A DNA stretch of 64,000 nucleotides from a virus, in the IMG/VR virus record IMGVR_UViG_3300045988_167206, positions 1-64,000 of that record; one strand, given 5' to 3'. The notes under the pieces are model-generated. The model was not told the DNA's origin. It saw only the letters and a program-made list of their open reading frames with translations, and made no database searches. Positions 1-8,385 of this stretch are shown in pieces. Position 1 is the stretch's first letter. Each line of letters opens with the position of its first letter. The position numbers and the translations under genes are program-made.

Positions 1-32
1 CTTTTTTTTTTGCAGAAAATGAGGTCGATAAA

Positions 33-704
33 ATGAAAAAGGTAAAAAATAATATTTTAACTATTGAAGAAGCAGAAAAAGTTTCTGGAGTACATTATAC
101 ATTAAGACATACGGGCAAAATGGCTGGAATGATGAGTTTATCGACAAGCTGCACAATGAATAAAAATTGTTTATATAGATCAAAAAATCCTAAAACTGTG
201 TGTTCTCATTGTTATGCTCAAAGGCAGCTTAAGATCTATAAAACATTAGAGAAGTGTTTGATTAAGAATACTGAGATATTAACTGGCCGCGTCTTAGAAG
301 ATCGAGAGCTACCAATTATAAATGCATTATATTTTAGATTGGAATCTTTTGGAGATCTGAATAACACGACACAAGTTATTAATTACTTCAATTTATGTAA
401 GAAAAATAAAAATGTAAGATTTGCATTATGGACTAAAAACTTATGGCTCATTGAATCGGTGCTGAATGCCGGTGTTAAAAAGCCAAGTAACCTTCAAATT
501 ATTTATAGTTTGCCAATCTTAAATGATAAAAATGAAACCATTTTTGCGTGGTATCCATTTGTAGATAAGGTTTTTACAGTATTTACTAAGGATTATATTA
601 AAGAAAATAATATCGAGATTAATTGTGGAGCTGAAAGCTGTTTAAAATGTGCTAAATGTTATAAGAAGAATAACGTAAAATACATAAATGAACAGCTTAA
701 ATAG
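33..704 (+). CDS. Hypothetical Cys-rich protein (223 aa)
   Basis: Long ORF with purine-rich leader (aaaatgaggtcgataaaATG). Several cysteine clusters (STSCTMNKNC, CSHCYAQ, CLKCAKC). No family I can name confidently. Confidence 0.5.
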   Translation: MKKVKNNILTIEEAEKVSGVHYTLRHTGKMAGMMSLSTSCTMNKNCLYRSKNPKTVCSHCYAQRQLKIYKTLEKCLIKNTEILTGRVLEDRELPIINALYFRLESFGDLNNTTQVINYFNLCKKNKNVRFALWTKNLWLIESVLNAGVKKPSNLQIIYSLPILNDKNETIFAWYPFVDKVFTVFTKDYIKENNIEINCGAESCLKCAKCYKKNNVKYINEQLK

Positions 705-720
705 AAAACGAGGTGATATT

Positions 721-1290
721 ATGAGAACAGCAAAAGGTTATAAATTGTTTCGCGTATTAAAAACGCAGCCGGGTAAAATATTTCCTTTATATGTAAATGC
801 CTCTGAATCTATTCCAATTGGTAAATGGATTAAAGCAGAGTACGGTGAAATAAATGAAGACGGAAAAGTTAAAAGTAAACTTGGACCATTACGATTTCGA
901 CCAGGATTTCATATTAACGATCAGGTTCCTTATGTGTCTCACATTGGAAGGAAAGTAAACGGTAAAATTTGTTATATGAGGCCGGATACAGTATGGGCTG
1001 AGGTTGAGTATTGTATTGATCGTGATTATTCAGATGAAGCAAAACGTAATGGGATTATAAATGGAAGATTTAATCTTATGAAAGCAGATCTTGATTATAT
1101 CCCGGTGAATGGATTTTACAGATATAAAACAAATCCTGCGATGACTGGAGAATGGATTATAGCTGGAGAAATGAAGGTAAATCGGATCATGAATGATAAC
1201 GAAGTAAAAGAGTTGTGTCAGAAATACAATTCATCATATTTACCGAGAGAAAATGCGTTTCATTTAGAAGAATATGGTTTCGTTATTTAA
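721..1290 (+). CDS. Hypothetical protein (start moved to internal ATG)
   Basis: The ORF-track start at 688 overlaps the previous gene. ATG at 721 follows RBS aacGAGGTgatatt. No recognisable motif. Confidence 0.5.
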   Translation: MRTAKGYKLFRVLKTQPGKIFPLYVNASESIPIGKWIKAEYGEINEDGKVKSKLGPLRFRPGFHINDQVPYVSHIGRKVNGKICYMRPDTVWAEVEYCIDRDYSDEAKRNGIINGRFNLMKADLDYIPVNGFYRYKTNPAMTGEWIIAGEMKVNRIMNDNEVKELCQKYNSSYLPRENAFHLEEYGFVI

Positions 1291-1507
1291 TAATTATAAT
1301 ATGATTAAAAAATTATAAAGTACTAACAACAGTTTGTGGGGTATGATACAATGAGAGAGAAGAAAACAAAGATGAAGGAAATTTCAAGATTTGTAATAAA
1401 TGGCCGAAAATATATTACTGTGCAGTACAAAGGAAACGTTCATGTTCGTTCGATGTGTGAGTATAAACATTTTATGCGGATAGAAAAAGAACATAGAAGT
1501 CATTGAT

Positions 1508-1771
1508 ATGGTTGCATCGCATCTCGATTTCAACGAAAAAGTCAATATTATATGTGCAGATGTTTTTGAATGGAAACCTGAACGTGGTGTAAAATATGAC
1601 ATGGCATATATGGATATTTGGAATTGGGTTAATCAAGATGTATACAAAAAAGAAATGCAGCCATTGAAAAGAAAATATGCAAGATTTCTTAGGAGCAAAG
1701 ACATAAACCCAAACAGATTTAATGAATGTTGGGCTGAATATCAGGCAAAAAACGGATTAAGATTAGCATAA
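1508..1771 (+). CDS. Small hypothetical protein; possibly a remnant of a SAM-methyltransferase C-terminus
   Basis: 87-aa ORF. The segment ADVFEW..YDMAYMDIWN is reminiscent of class I methyltransferase motifs, but no GxGxG motif is present and the frame closes at a TAG at 1481-1483. Confidence 0.3.
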   Translation: MVASHLDFNEKVNIICADVFEWKPERGVKYDMAYMDIWNWVNQDVYKKEMQPLKRKYARFLRSKDINPNRFNECWAEYQAKNGLRLA

Positions 1772-1842
1772 TGAAAAATTACCATTTCATTAAAGAGAAT
1801 GTACCGAAATTCGTTACACAATAGTAATAATGGAGGAAGGAA

Positions 1843-2016
1843 ATGAAGCAAATGAGAAGTATAAGAATACCAGTGATAATAATTTCCTATTTATGTTTGT
1901 TCATGCAGCTGAGTAAAGATTATCCCCAAATTGATAAAATTGTAATAATACTTTTGATTCTTAGCTTATGCTTTGGAGTGGTTGGAATAATATTGAGCTT
2001 TTCTCCCAAAAGATGA
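1843..2016 (+). CDS. Small membrane peptide (57 aa, below ORF-track cutoff)
   Basis: ATG at 1843 after RBS tGGAGGAAGGaa. Two hydrophobic stretches (IPVIIISYLCLF, IVIILLILSLCFGVVGIILSF). Stop at 2014-2016. Confidence 0.35.
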   Translation: MKQMRSIRIPVIIISYLCLFMQLSKDYPQIDKIVIILLILSLCFGVVGIILSFSPKR

Positions 2017-2102
2017 AGATGCGAAAATCTATACTATAGAGGTATTCGTAGAAGAACAGGAATTCTCTAAGAGCAAAGCAGAAAGTGAAGCAAATAGCCA
2101 AA

Positions 2103-2261
2103 ATGGAGATAGAGGATTATGAGATCCAGACAAAGCGGCTTGAACGGGTCAATGACCTGATCAAAGAACTATGCCAGCAGATTAGGTATGCGGATAAGCT
2201 GCTTGAAATAAAAGGTATAGGAATAACAACAGTAGCTGATAACCTTAGTTCTATTCAATGA
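2103..2261 (+). pseudogene. Fragment resembling the C-terminal helix-hairpin-helix region of an IS110-family transposase
   Basis: The 52-aa reading frame MEIEDYEIQTKRLERVNDLIKELCQQIRYADKLLEIKGIGITTVADNLSSIQ matches the coiled-coil plus LL.I.GIG..TAA pattern of IS110/IS116/IS902 transposases. It is locally GC-richer and has no RBS and no remaining transposase body. Confidence 0.3.
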
Positions 2262-2331
2262 CAGGTATCAAAAGGTGTTGAATTTATTGAAAAAACACTT
2301 GATTATATGGAGAGTAGGAGAAAATAAAATT

Positions 2332-2727
2332 ATGAAATTTAAAGGAATTGAATTAAAAGATAACACAGAAGCAGAGTTATTAATAGAAATTGAAATCGTT
2401 GATATTAATGACGAAGATAATCTTGAAGAATATGGTGAAGAATTGGAAGGGAAATTAGAAGATATTTTAGACTATGATAATTGCTCTCCATATGTAGATT
2501 TTATAGATGATAATTTATTAAATATACGTTGTGACGAAATTACATTTGACGAAAAAGGTGTAGATCTTTTAACTGTTATCTATAAAAATATTCTAAATGC
2601 AAATTTACAGAATATAAAAATTATGATTGGAGTACGGGTGGATGGTTGGTTTAAAAATGAAGACGGAATCGAATACAATGAGGATGAAGTTACATTAGAA
2701 GATTTTTTAAATAATATCGAATATTAA
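2332..2727 (+). CDS. Acidic hypothetical protein
   Basis: ATG at 2332 after RBS gAGTAGGAGaaaa. Very D/E-rich. Confidence 0.5.
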   Translation: MKFKGIELKDNTEAELLIEIEIVDINDEDNLEEYGEELEGKLEDILDYDNCSPYVDFIDDNLLNIRCDEITFDEKGVDLLTVIYKNILNANLQNIKIMIGVRVDGWFKNEDGIEYNEDEVTLEDFLNNIEY

Positions 2728-2816
2728 TTTTAAATTTTTGAAAAACGATATGTAGTTAAAAAATCATTGCGACAGTAATTATAGATGAAAAATTGCTTTC
2801 AAGTGGAGGTTTGAAT

Positions 2817-3095
2817 ATGAACTACGGTAATTTGCTTCAAGAAAAAGGATTTATTTTAAATACTTATCCAGAAGGAAAATTCTGGGAATTAGTTATAACA
2901 AATGATGAAAGTAAAAAAGAGCATATTTGCAAAGTATTTAAAGCAGATATTGAATTATTTGATTCGGATACAACAGACATTGATACACTTATATTACAGT
3001 GTGCAGAAAATTTTACAAAATGTCTCTTTTATTACGACTGTAATCCGTTTGATATGGAAACCAAAACATTTATGAAATGCGTAGAGAATATATAG
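2817..3095 (+). CDS. Hypothetical protein
   Basis: ATG at 2817 after RBS aGTGGAGGtttgaat. Confidence 0.5.
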   Translation: MNYGNLLQEKGFILNTYPEGKFWELVITNDESKKEHICKVFKADIELFDSDTTDIDTLILQCAENFTKCLFYYDCNPFDMETKTFMKCVENI

Positions 3096-3128
3096 ATAAT
3101 TGAAAGATTGTTTTCATGGGAGGTATTT

Positions 3129-3332
3129 ATGAGTGAAAATAAAATGACAACTAATGAAGTTGTAAAATTATTATTAAATAAAGGAAATGAAATTGATAAT
3201 AAGATCATAAATGTAATATCTGAATTACTTCGATTAGGATACGATTCTAAAAGAGGTGAAGAGTATGTGCGTAATTTAATGGATTCTATAAGATATACTG
3301 TTGATGATATTGAAAGAATTTTAAACAGATAA
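3129..3332 (+). CDS. Hypothetical protein
   Basis: ATG at 3129 after RBS tGGGAGGtattt. Confidence 0.45.
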   Translation: MSENKMTTNEVVKLLLNKGNEIDNKIINVISELLRLGYDSKRGEEYVRNLMDSIRYTVDDIERILNR

Positions 3333-3385
3333 ATTAGATGCTTTAGAAATAAATAATAAGTATTTTCAATTAAGAGGTAATATTT

Positions 3386-3586
3386 ATGATTAGAGTAACA
3401 GGCAACAATATGAAATCTGAAATAGCATATGCAATTCAAGAATACAACGGAGCACCTATTTATTCTTATGGGGATTTAGCTCCGTTACATCCAGATGTTT
3501 ATTTAACAGACGATACCGAATGTGATCCATTAAGTTTCGGTAAATTTGTACTTAATGACATAGAAGAAAAAAGTAAAAGCAAATGA
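3386..3586 (+). CDS. Hypothetical protein
   Basis: 66-aa ORF after RBS tAAGAGGtaatattt. Confidence 0.45.
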   Translation: MIRVTGNNMKSEIAYAIQEYNGAPIYSYGDLAPLHPDVYLTDDTECDPLSFGKFVLNDIEEKSKSK

Positions 3587-3760
3587 ATATCTGCCAATCC
3601 CGATGATCATAATTTATACCAATTTAGATAGCTCGATTAGAATTGCAATTATAGCAAATTATATAAAAGAAATGGAAGATAAAGGTTTAGTCGGGAACGT
3701 AGTATTTATGACCAGATGAGCAAAATTTAAACTTAAATTCGAAAGGAGAGAAAATACGTT

Positions 3761-3973
3761 ATGTCAAAGAGAAGAAGATGGATGGTAACTTCAACATTTG
3801 TTTGCCCGGAGTGTGATACGGAGATTCCATTACCCCGGGAACATTGTACTCAGCGTGAAAAGGGACATATTAAAGATTTATATTGTCCAAAGTGCAAAAA
3901 GACACAGAAATTTAAAGAGTATACTTACAAAGAGTTTTATAAGACACTGGATGGAGAAGTGATTGGATTATAA
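3761..3973 (+). CDS. Zinc-ribbon protein (70 aa)
   Basis: CPEC..(24 aa)..CPKC four-cysteine ribbon. RBS gAAAGGAGAGaaaatacgtt. Confidence 0.55.
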   Translation: MSKRRRWMVTSTFVCPECDTEIPLPREHCTQREKGHIKDLYCPKCKKTQKFKEYTYKEFYKTLDGEVIGL

Positions 3974-3992
3974 AGAAAGTGTGGTAGAGATA

Positions 3993-4802
3993 ATGAGCGA
4001 AACAAATGAAGTAAAAAACAAACCAAAGTATTATGTTCCTGTGGATAGGGTTATTTCTAGTAGAATACAAAAAAGAATTAATTCTATGACTGATGAAGAA
4101 CGTAATAAAGTCGTTTATTTAGGCGGGATAAACGATGAGGTAACTACAGAGGAAAAAATAATGCATGATTTTTTGGAATTTGTAAAAGAAGAAGAGGAAA
4201 ATTATGCAAAAAGTCCACTGGCAAGAGAATGGAAGTATGAAAAAAAGCAGATGACAAAAGAGGAACGAATATATGATTGCAGTGTTTGGTGGATTAATGA
4301 TCGAATGGTTAGTTCTGGTTTCTGGCATAGTAGCATAGCATTTCCTTTGTTAAGAGAAATTGCTAGTGATTATGACCCCTCTTACCTACATCCAAGAAAT
4401 CACGTAGAAGAATACAACAAAAAATATAGAGATGCACAAAAGGAAGCAAAAGCGAAAGGAAAAACTGGAAAAGCTCTTGAGGGTAAAAAGGTTATGCAAG
4501 ATTATGAGAAAGCTCGAAAACCAGAAACTTCATTATCAGATGATTGGATTAAACATTTTGATGGAATAAGCGATAAATGGTTAAATAAATGGTGTAACTT
4601 TAGTGTTAATTGGGGTTGGGTACTTCCCTGTTTATTCTTGTGTTTATTCGTACAGAAGGGATTAAGCAGCGCGATCGGATTATTGGTGTTTATGGGTGTT
4701 GGAGAATGGTACTCTTGGAAAGCACAAGAATATTGTAGCGTAATTATACCATGGTATCAAAGAGCAGGACTTTTAATTGAAAGGAGATTACTGAGAAAAT
4801 GA
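3993..4802 (+). CDS. Hypothetical protein with hydrophobic C-terminal region
   Basis: ATG at 3993 after gtGGtAGAGataATG (an alternative start at 3963 overlaps the previous gene). C-terminal hydrophobic stretch WGWVLPCLFLCLFV..AIGLLVFMGV. Confidence 0.5.
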   Translation: MSETNEVKNKPKYYVPVDRVISSRIQKRINSMTDEERNKVVYLGGINDEVTTEEKIMHDFLEFVKEEEENYAKSPLAREWKYEKKQMTKEERIYDCSVWWINDRMVSSGFWHSSIAFPLLREIASDYDPSYLHPRNHVEEYNKKYRDAQKEAKAKGKTGKALEGKKVMQDYEKARKPETSLSDDWIKHFDGISDKWLNKWCNFSVNWGWVLPCLFLCLFVQKGLSSAIGLLVFMGVGEWYSWKAQEYCSVIIPWYQRAGLLIERRLLRK

Positions 4803-5782
4803 ATGGAAGATTAGAGCATGAACTTGAAATAAATAATCGTATTGAAAATATGATTTCGGGAATTCCAGAGTCGCAGTTGATAAATGATTTTTATCTGAGT
4901 ATTAAAACATCAAAAACTCCAACTACTTGTTACGATTATATAAAAGTAATACGTAGATTTAAAATGTTTCTAAATAATAAATCTTTTTTAGAAGTGACAG
5001 AAGAAGACGTACAAAGATATCTTGAAGAAAATAATTACAAAACGAATAAAAAAGGAGAAGTAAGAAAAGTCTCTGCACAATATATAAGACAAATCTGCAG
5101 CAGTCTAACTCAATTTTATAATTATTTAGAAAGAAAAAGAATTATTACAGAAAATCCATTGAGATATATTGAAAGACCATCAAGAAGAGATGTAATAGAG
5201 AGGCCAAAAGTAACATTTGATGATCTTGATTGTATTATAGATGCTGCGAAAGAGCAAAATAAATCGTTTAAATGGAGAAGAAAGGATCTTGCAATTCTCT
5301 ATTTACTTATGATAACCGGAATGAGAGAAACTGCATTAACAGAAATTAATGTATCTGATATTGACTGGGAGAATGAAACTCTTACTGTAGTAGATAAACG
5401 TGACAAAGAACAAGTGTATTATTTAAATTACAAACTTAAAAGAGCATTAAATTATTGGCTTCAGAGTAGAAAAGAATTACTTGAAGAAGCGGGTGTCACA
5501 GATATGGATGCGCTTTTCTTTTCTAGAAATTTCCAAAGAATAAGTGCTCAGGAAGTTTATCGAACAGTTAGAAGATGTTCATATAAAGGAATTGGAATTC
5601 GTTTGACTCCTCATCAATTAAGAGCTACATTTGTAACTTTGTATTATGAAAAAACAAAAGATATTGAAGCAACAAGACGGGCTGTTGGTCATGCAAATGT
5701 TGATACAACCGCTTTATATATCAAGAAAAATAATAAGGCAAGAAAAGATGCTATGGATTTCATGAGTGCCGGAATTATGTGA
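4799..5782 (+). CDS. Tyrosine recombinase / integrase (XerC/D-like)
   Basis: Catalytic signature TGMRETAL (Arg I), HQLRATF (H-x-x-R), GHANVDTTALYI (His..Tyr). N-terminal SAM-like core-binding region. ATGA overlap with the upstream gene. Confidence 0.85.
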   Translation: MNGRLEHELEINNRIENMISGIPESQLINDFYLSIKTSKTPTTCYDYIKVIRRFKMFLNNKSFLEVTEEDVQRYLEENNYKTNKKGEVRKVSAQYIRQICSSLTQFYNYLERKRIITENPLRYIERPSRRDVIERPKVTFDDLDCIIDAAKEQNKSFKWRRKDLAILYLLMITGMRETALTEINVSDIDWENETLTVVDKRDKEQVYYLNYKLKRALNYWLQSRKELLEEAGVTDMDALFFSRNFQRISAQEVYRTVRRCSYKGIGIRLTPHQLRATFVTLYYEKTKDIEATRRAVGHANVDTTALYIKKNNKARKDAMDFMSAGIM

Positions 5783-5800
5783 ATAATGTAAAATATGAAA
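5782..5800 (+). promoter_or_regulatory. Recurrent 19-nt intergenic element, copy 1
   Basis: aataatgtaaaatatgaaa, directly after the recombinase stop. Confidence 0.7.
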
Positions 5801-5871
5801 TATATTAAAATACAACTGGACATTTCTTATAAATTTTTGTATAATCAAAGATAGAGAGGTGAAATGACAAT

Positions 5872-7146
5872 ATGTTAATCAATAGGGATATACTTGAAAA
5901 TAAATTACATGAAAAATTTTGGAAGGTAGCTGTTGACACAGAATTCCAACAAAAGATGTTTGATTATGCAAAAAATGAATTTAATATGTCAGAAGAAGTA
6001 TTTTCGGATTTTGTAGCAGACAGAAAAGCATTACAAGAAGCAACGGAATATATGCTTTTTGTAATGCTAAAAAGCTATGAATATGTTAAAGAAACAAAAA
6101 CTTCTGCAATATCTGTTTATTTTAGTCAAAAGGAAATAGACACTTATAGTTTTTCAAAATTCGATAATGCAGATTTTGAATTTCCTATTGTATTTGAAAT
6201 GCTTCAGATTAATGATGATCAATGGATTGGGAAAATTGATGTAAATACATTAGATAAATTAAGAAAACATCAATTAATTAATTATAATCCAGATACACAG
6301 AGAACTATGCAAAAAGTTATTCGGAAAGGAAATGTAAATTATAAAATAACGGTAAACAAAAAAGCAGTTGCAGAAATCGCGGATAGCTTTGAAGAAGGAA
6401 CATATATCTCTGATGAATTAACTTTGAACATTAGACCTGATGATGAGAAAGCAGATTTTTATTATGATTTTAAAAAACGTATGTTGATTATAAATAATAT
6501 AACTGCGTTTGATATAAACGATGGATATCATAGATATTTAGGAATGTTTAGAGAAAAAATGGTTCATCCGGAATTTAACTACACTATGGAATTGAGAATT
6601 ACAAATTTTGATGTAGATAAATCGCAAAGATTTATTTATCAGAAAGATCAAAAAACAAAAATGGCTAAGGTTGATTCTCGAAGTTATAATGTGTATGATC
6701 CCGCTAATATTGTTATAAAAAAAATTAATGAAAGTGCTTCGTGCAATATCAGAGGATTTATTGGACGTAATGAAGCTAAAATTGATATGGGAACATTAAG
6801 CAGGATCATACATTTATTATATTTTAAAAATGTTCCAAAAGCAGAAGAAAGAAAAACAATTATTGAAGTTACAAAGGAGCTTATTGAAGACTTTAATATA
6901 TTAACTGAACAAAATATAGAATTTTTAGAAAAAACGTATTCTGCTTACGAGTTATTATGTATCATGTCTACATTCCACTATTTTAAAGGGAAAGATAATA
7001 AAGAAGATATTGGTGAGATAGTGAAATATTTAACTGATGCAGCTCAGGGTAATTCTGTTAAATTGAATAATAGAAGTGGTATAACTAGAAAAAAGATGGA
7101 ACAGTTAGAAGAAATTATAGAAAGGAGAAATAAAACATATGTATAA
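5872..7146 (+). CDS. Hypothetical protein with DGQHR-like (DndB/ParB-fold) motif
   Basis: The motif FDINDGYHRYLG resembles the DGQHR signature of DndB-type/ParB-like nuclease-fold domains. 8-nt overlap with the next gene. Confidence 0.35.
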   Translation: MLINRDILENKLHEKFWKVAVDTEFQQKMFDYAKNEFNMSEEVFSDFVADRKALQEATEYMLFVMLKSYEYVKETKTSAISVYFSQKEIDTYSFSKFDNADFEFPIVFEMLQINDDQWIGKIDVNTLDKLRKHQLINYNPDTQRTMQKVIRKGNVNYKITVNKKAVAEIADSFEEGTYISDELTLNIRPDDEKADFYYDFKKRMLIINNITAFDINDGYHRYLGMFREKMVHPEFNYTMELRITNFDVDKSQRFIYQKDQKTKMAKVDSRSYNVYDPANIVIKKINESASCNIRGFIGRNEAKIDMGTLSRIIHLLYFKNVPKAEERKTIIEVTKELIEDFNILTEQNIEFLEKTYSAYELLCIMSTFHYFKGKDNKEDIGEIVKYLTDAAQGNSVKLNNRSGITRKKMEQLEEIIERRNKTYV

Positions 7147-8035
7147 CCAGGAACGTAAACAGCGGTACATTAAATATAAAACAAGTAAAACTTCTGTAAA
7201 TAATTTAAACAGTATTTTTAATGCCGCTGAACATTTTGAAGTACAATCAAATAAAGACTTATGTGATTTTACAACTGATGAAATACGTAGGATGTATAAA
7301 TTGTCTAACATTAATTCAATTGATGTTTTAATAAATCGAAATAGTGTATATAAAAATTACACATCCTGGGCGCAAACAGAAGGACTGGTTATAGATAATC
7401 AAAATCATTACAGTGAATTTGATATTAATATGTTAGATTTATACTTAAATAAAAATGCATTAAAACAGACAATCGTTGATCGAGAAACTATTTTTTCATG
7501 GGCAGAGAGAATTGTAAATCCACGAGACGCTTTTGTATTGGTATGTATTTTTGAGTTTGGCAAAGGCGATTATTTTAATGATATTGTTTTGGCTAGAATG
7601 AAAGATATTGATTTAGAAGAGAAAACAATGAAGCTCACTTCCGGTAGAACCGTTAAAATTAGTGATCAATTAATTTATTTTGCAAAGAAAAGCAATGCAG
7701 CCGATTCTATAATTTCAGCGAATTCTGAACGAATTTTGTATGATGACGGAAGCATCATGAAAAGATATGGAAAAGCAAAAGGTACCGTAGATCCATATTA
7801 TTTAGGCAGGGCAGCTTATGCAGCATTGAAAAGAGCATTAGAATTTTTTGGCGTTAAAATATCAGCGACAAATATCATGTATTCTGGTATTATAGATATG
7901 ATAAAAAGAGAAAGTGAAAAATTATCTATTTCTGGTGAAGAATATTTGAAGAAATATTATTCTGATATTGAGTATCAATACGATGTAAAAATTAAACCAA
8001 CTATATTTATGAAAAAATATGGTGATTATATTTAA
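7139..8035 (+). CDS. Degenerate tyrosine-recombinase-fold protein; candidate MrpR/YopR-like repressor
   Basis: The N-terminus MYNQERKQRYIKYK.. and the layout resemble integrase SAM-like plus catalytic folds. However, the Arg-I position reads FGKGD and no HxxR...Y tail is present. Confidence 0.35.
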   Translation: MYNQERKQRYIKYKTSKTSVNNLNSIFNAAEHFEVQSNKDLCDFTTDEIRRMYKLSNINSIDVLINRNSVYKNYTSWAQTEGLVIDNQNHYSEFDINMLDLYLNKNALKQTIVDRETIFSWAERIVNPRDAFVLVCIFEFGKGDYFNDIVLARMKDIDLEEKTMKLTSGRTVKISDQLIYFAKKSNAADSIISANSERILYDDGSIMKRYGKAKGTVDPYYLGRAAYAALKRALEFFGVKISATNIMYSGIIDMIKRESEKLSISGEEYLKKYYSDIEYQYDVKIKPTIFMKKYGDYI

Positions 8036-8090
8036 TAATCACCATATTTAAAATACAATAAATATAAAATTTAAAAAGGAGATAAGAGAA

Positions 8091-8354
8091 ATGGAACTTT
8101 TAGAGAAAATGATAACCGGGGTTGATGATACAGAATTAATTGTACATATTACTACGCCAATTTGTAGAGCACATATAGAGTGTAATACAATGGATTTAAG
8201 TATAAAGAATGAAACTCTGTGCATTAATCCGGAAGATTTTGAAATGGAGATTGATTTAAATAAATGTAAGATTGAAGAAGGTTTACTGGAAGACATGCCA
8301 ACAATTGAGCTATCAAGAGGTGATACAGTATTGAATATTGACTTTATTCGATAA
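8091..8354 (+). CDS. Hypothetical protein
   Basis: 87-aa ORF after RBS aAAAGGAGAtaagagaa. Confidence 0.45.
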   Translation: MELLEKMITGVDDTELIVHITTPICRAHIECNTMDLSIKNETLCINPEDFEMEIDLNKCKIEEGLLEDMPTIELSRGDTVLNIDFIR

Positions 8355-8371
8355 TAATGTAAAATTTGAAA
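8353..8371 (+). promoter_or_regulatory. Recurrent 19-nt element, copy 2
   Basis: aataatgtaaaatttgaaa, 33 nt before the ligA ATG. Confidence 0.8.
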
Positions 8372-8385
8372 GGAATATAAAATAA

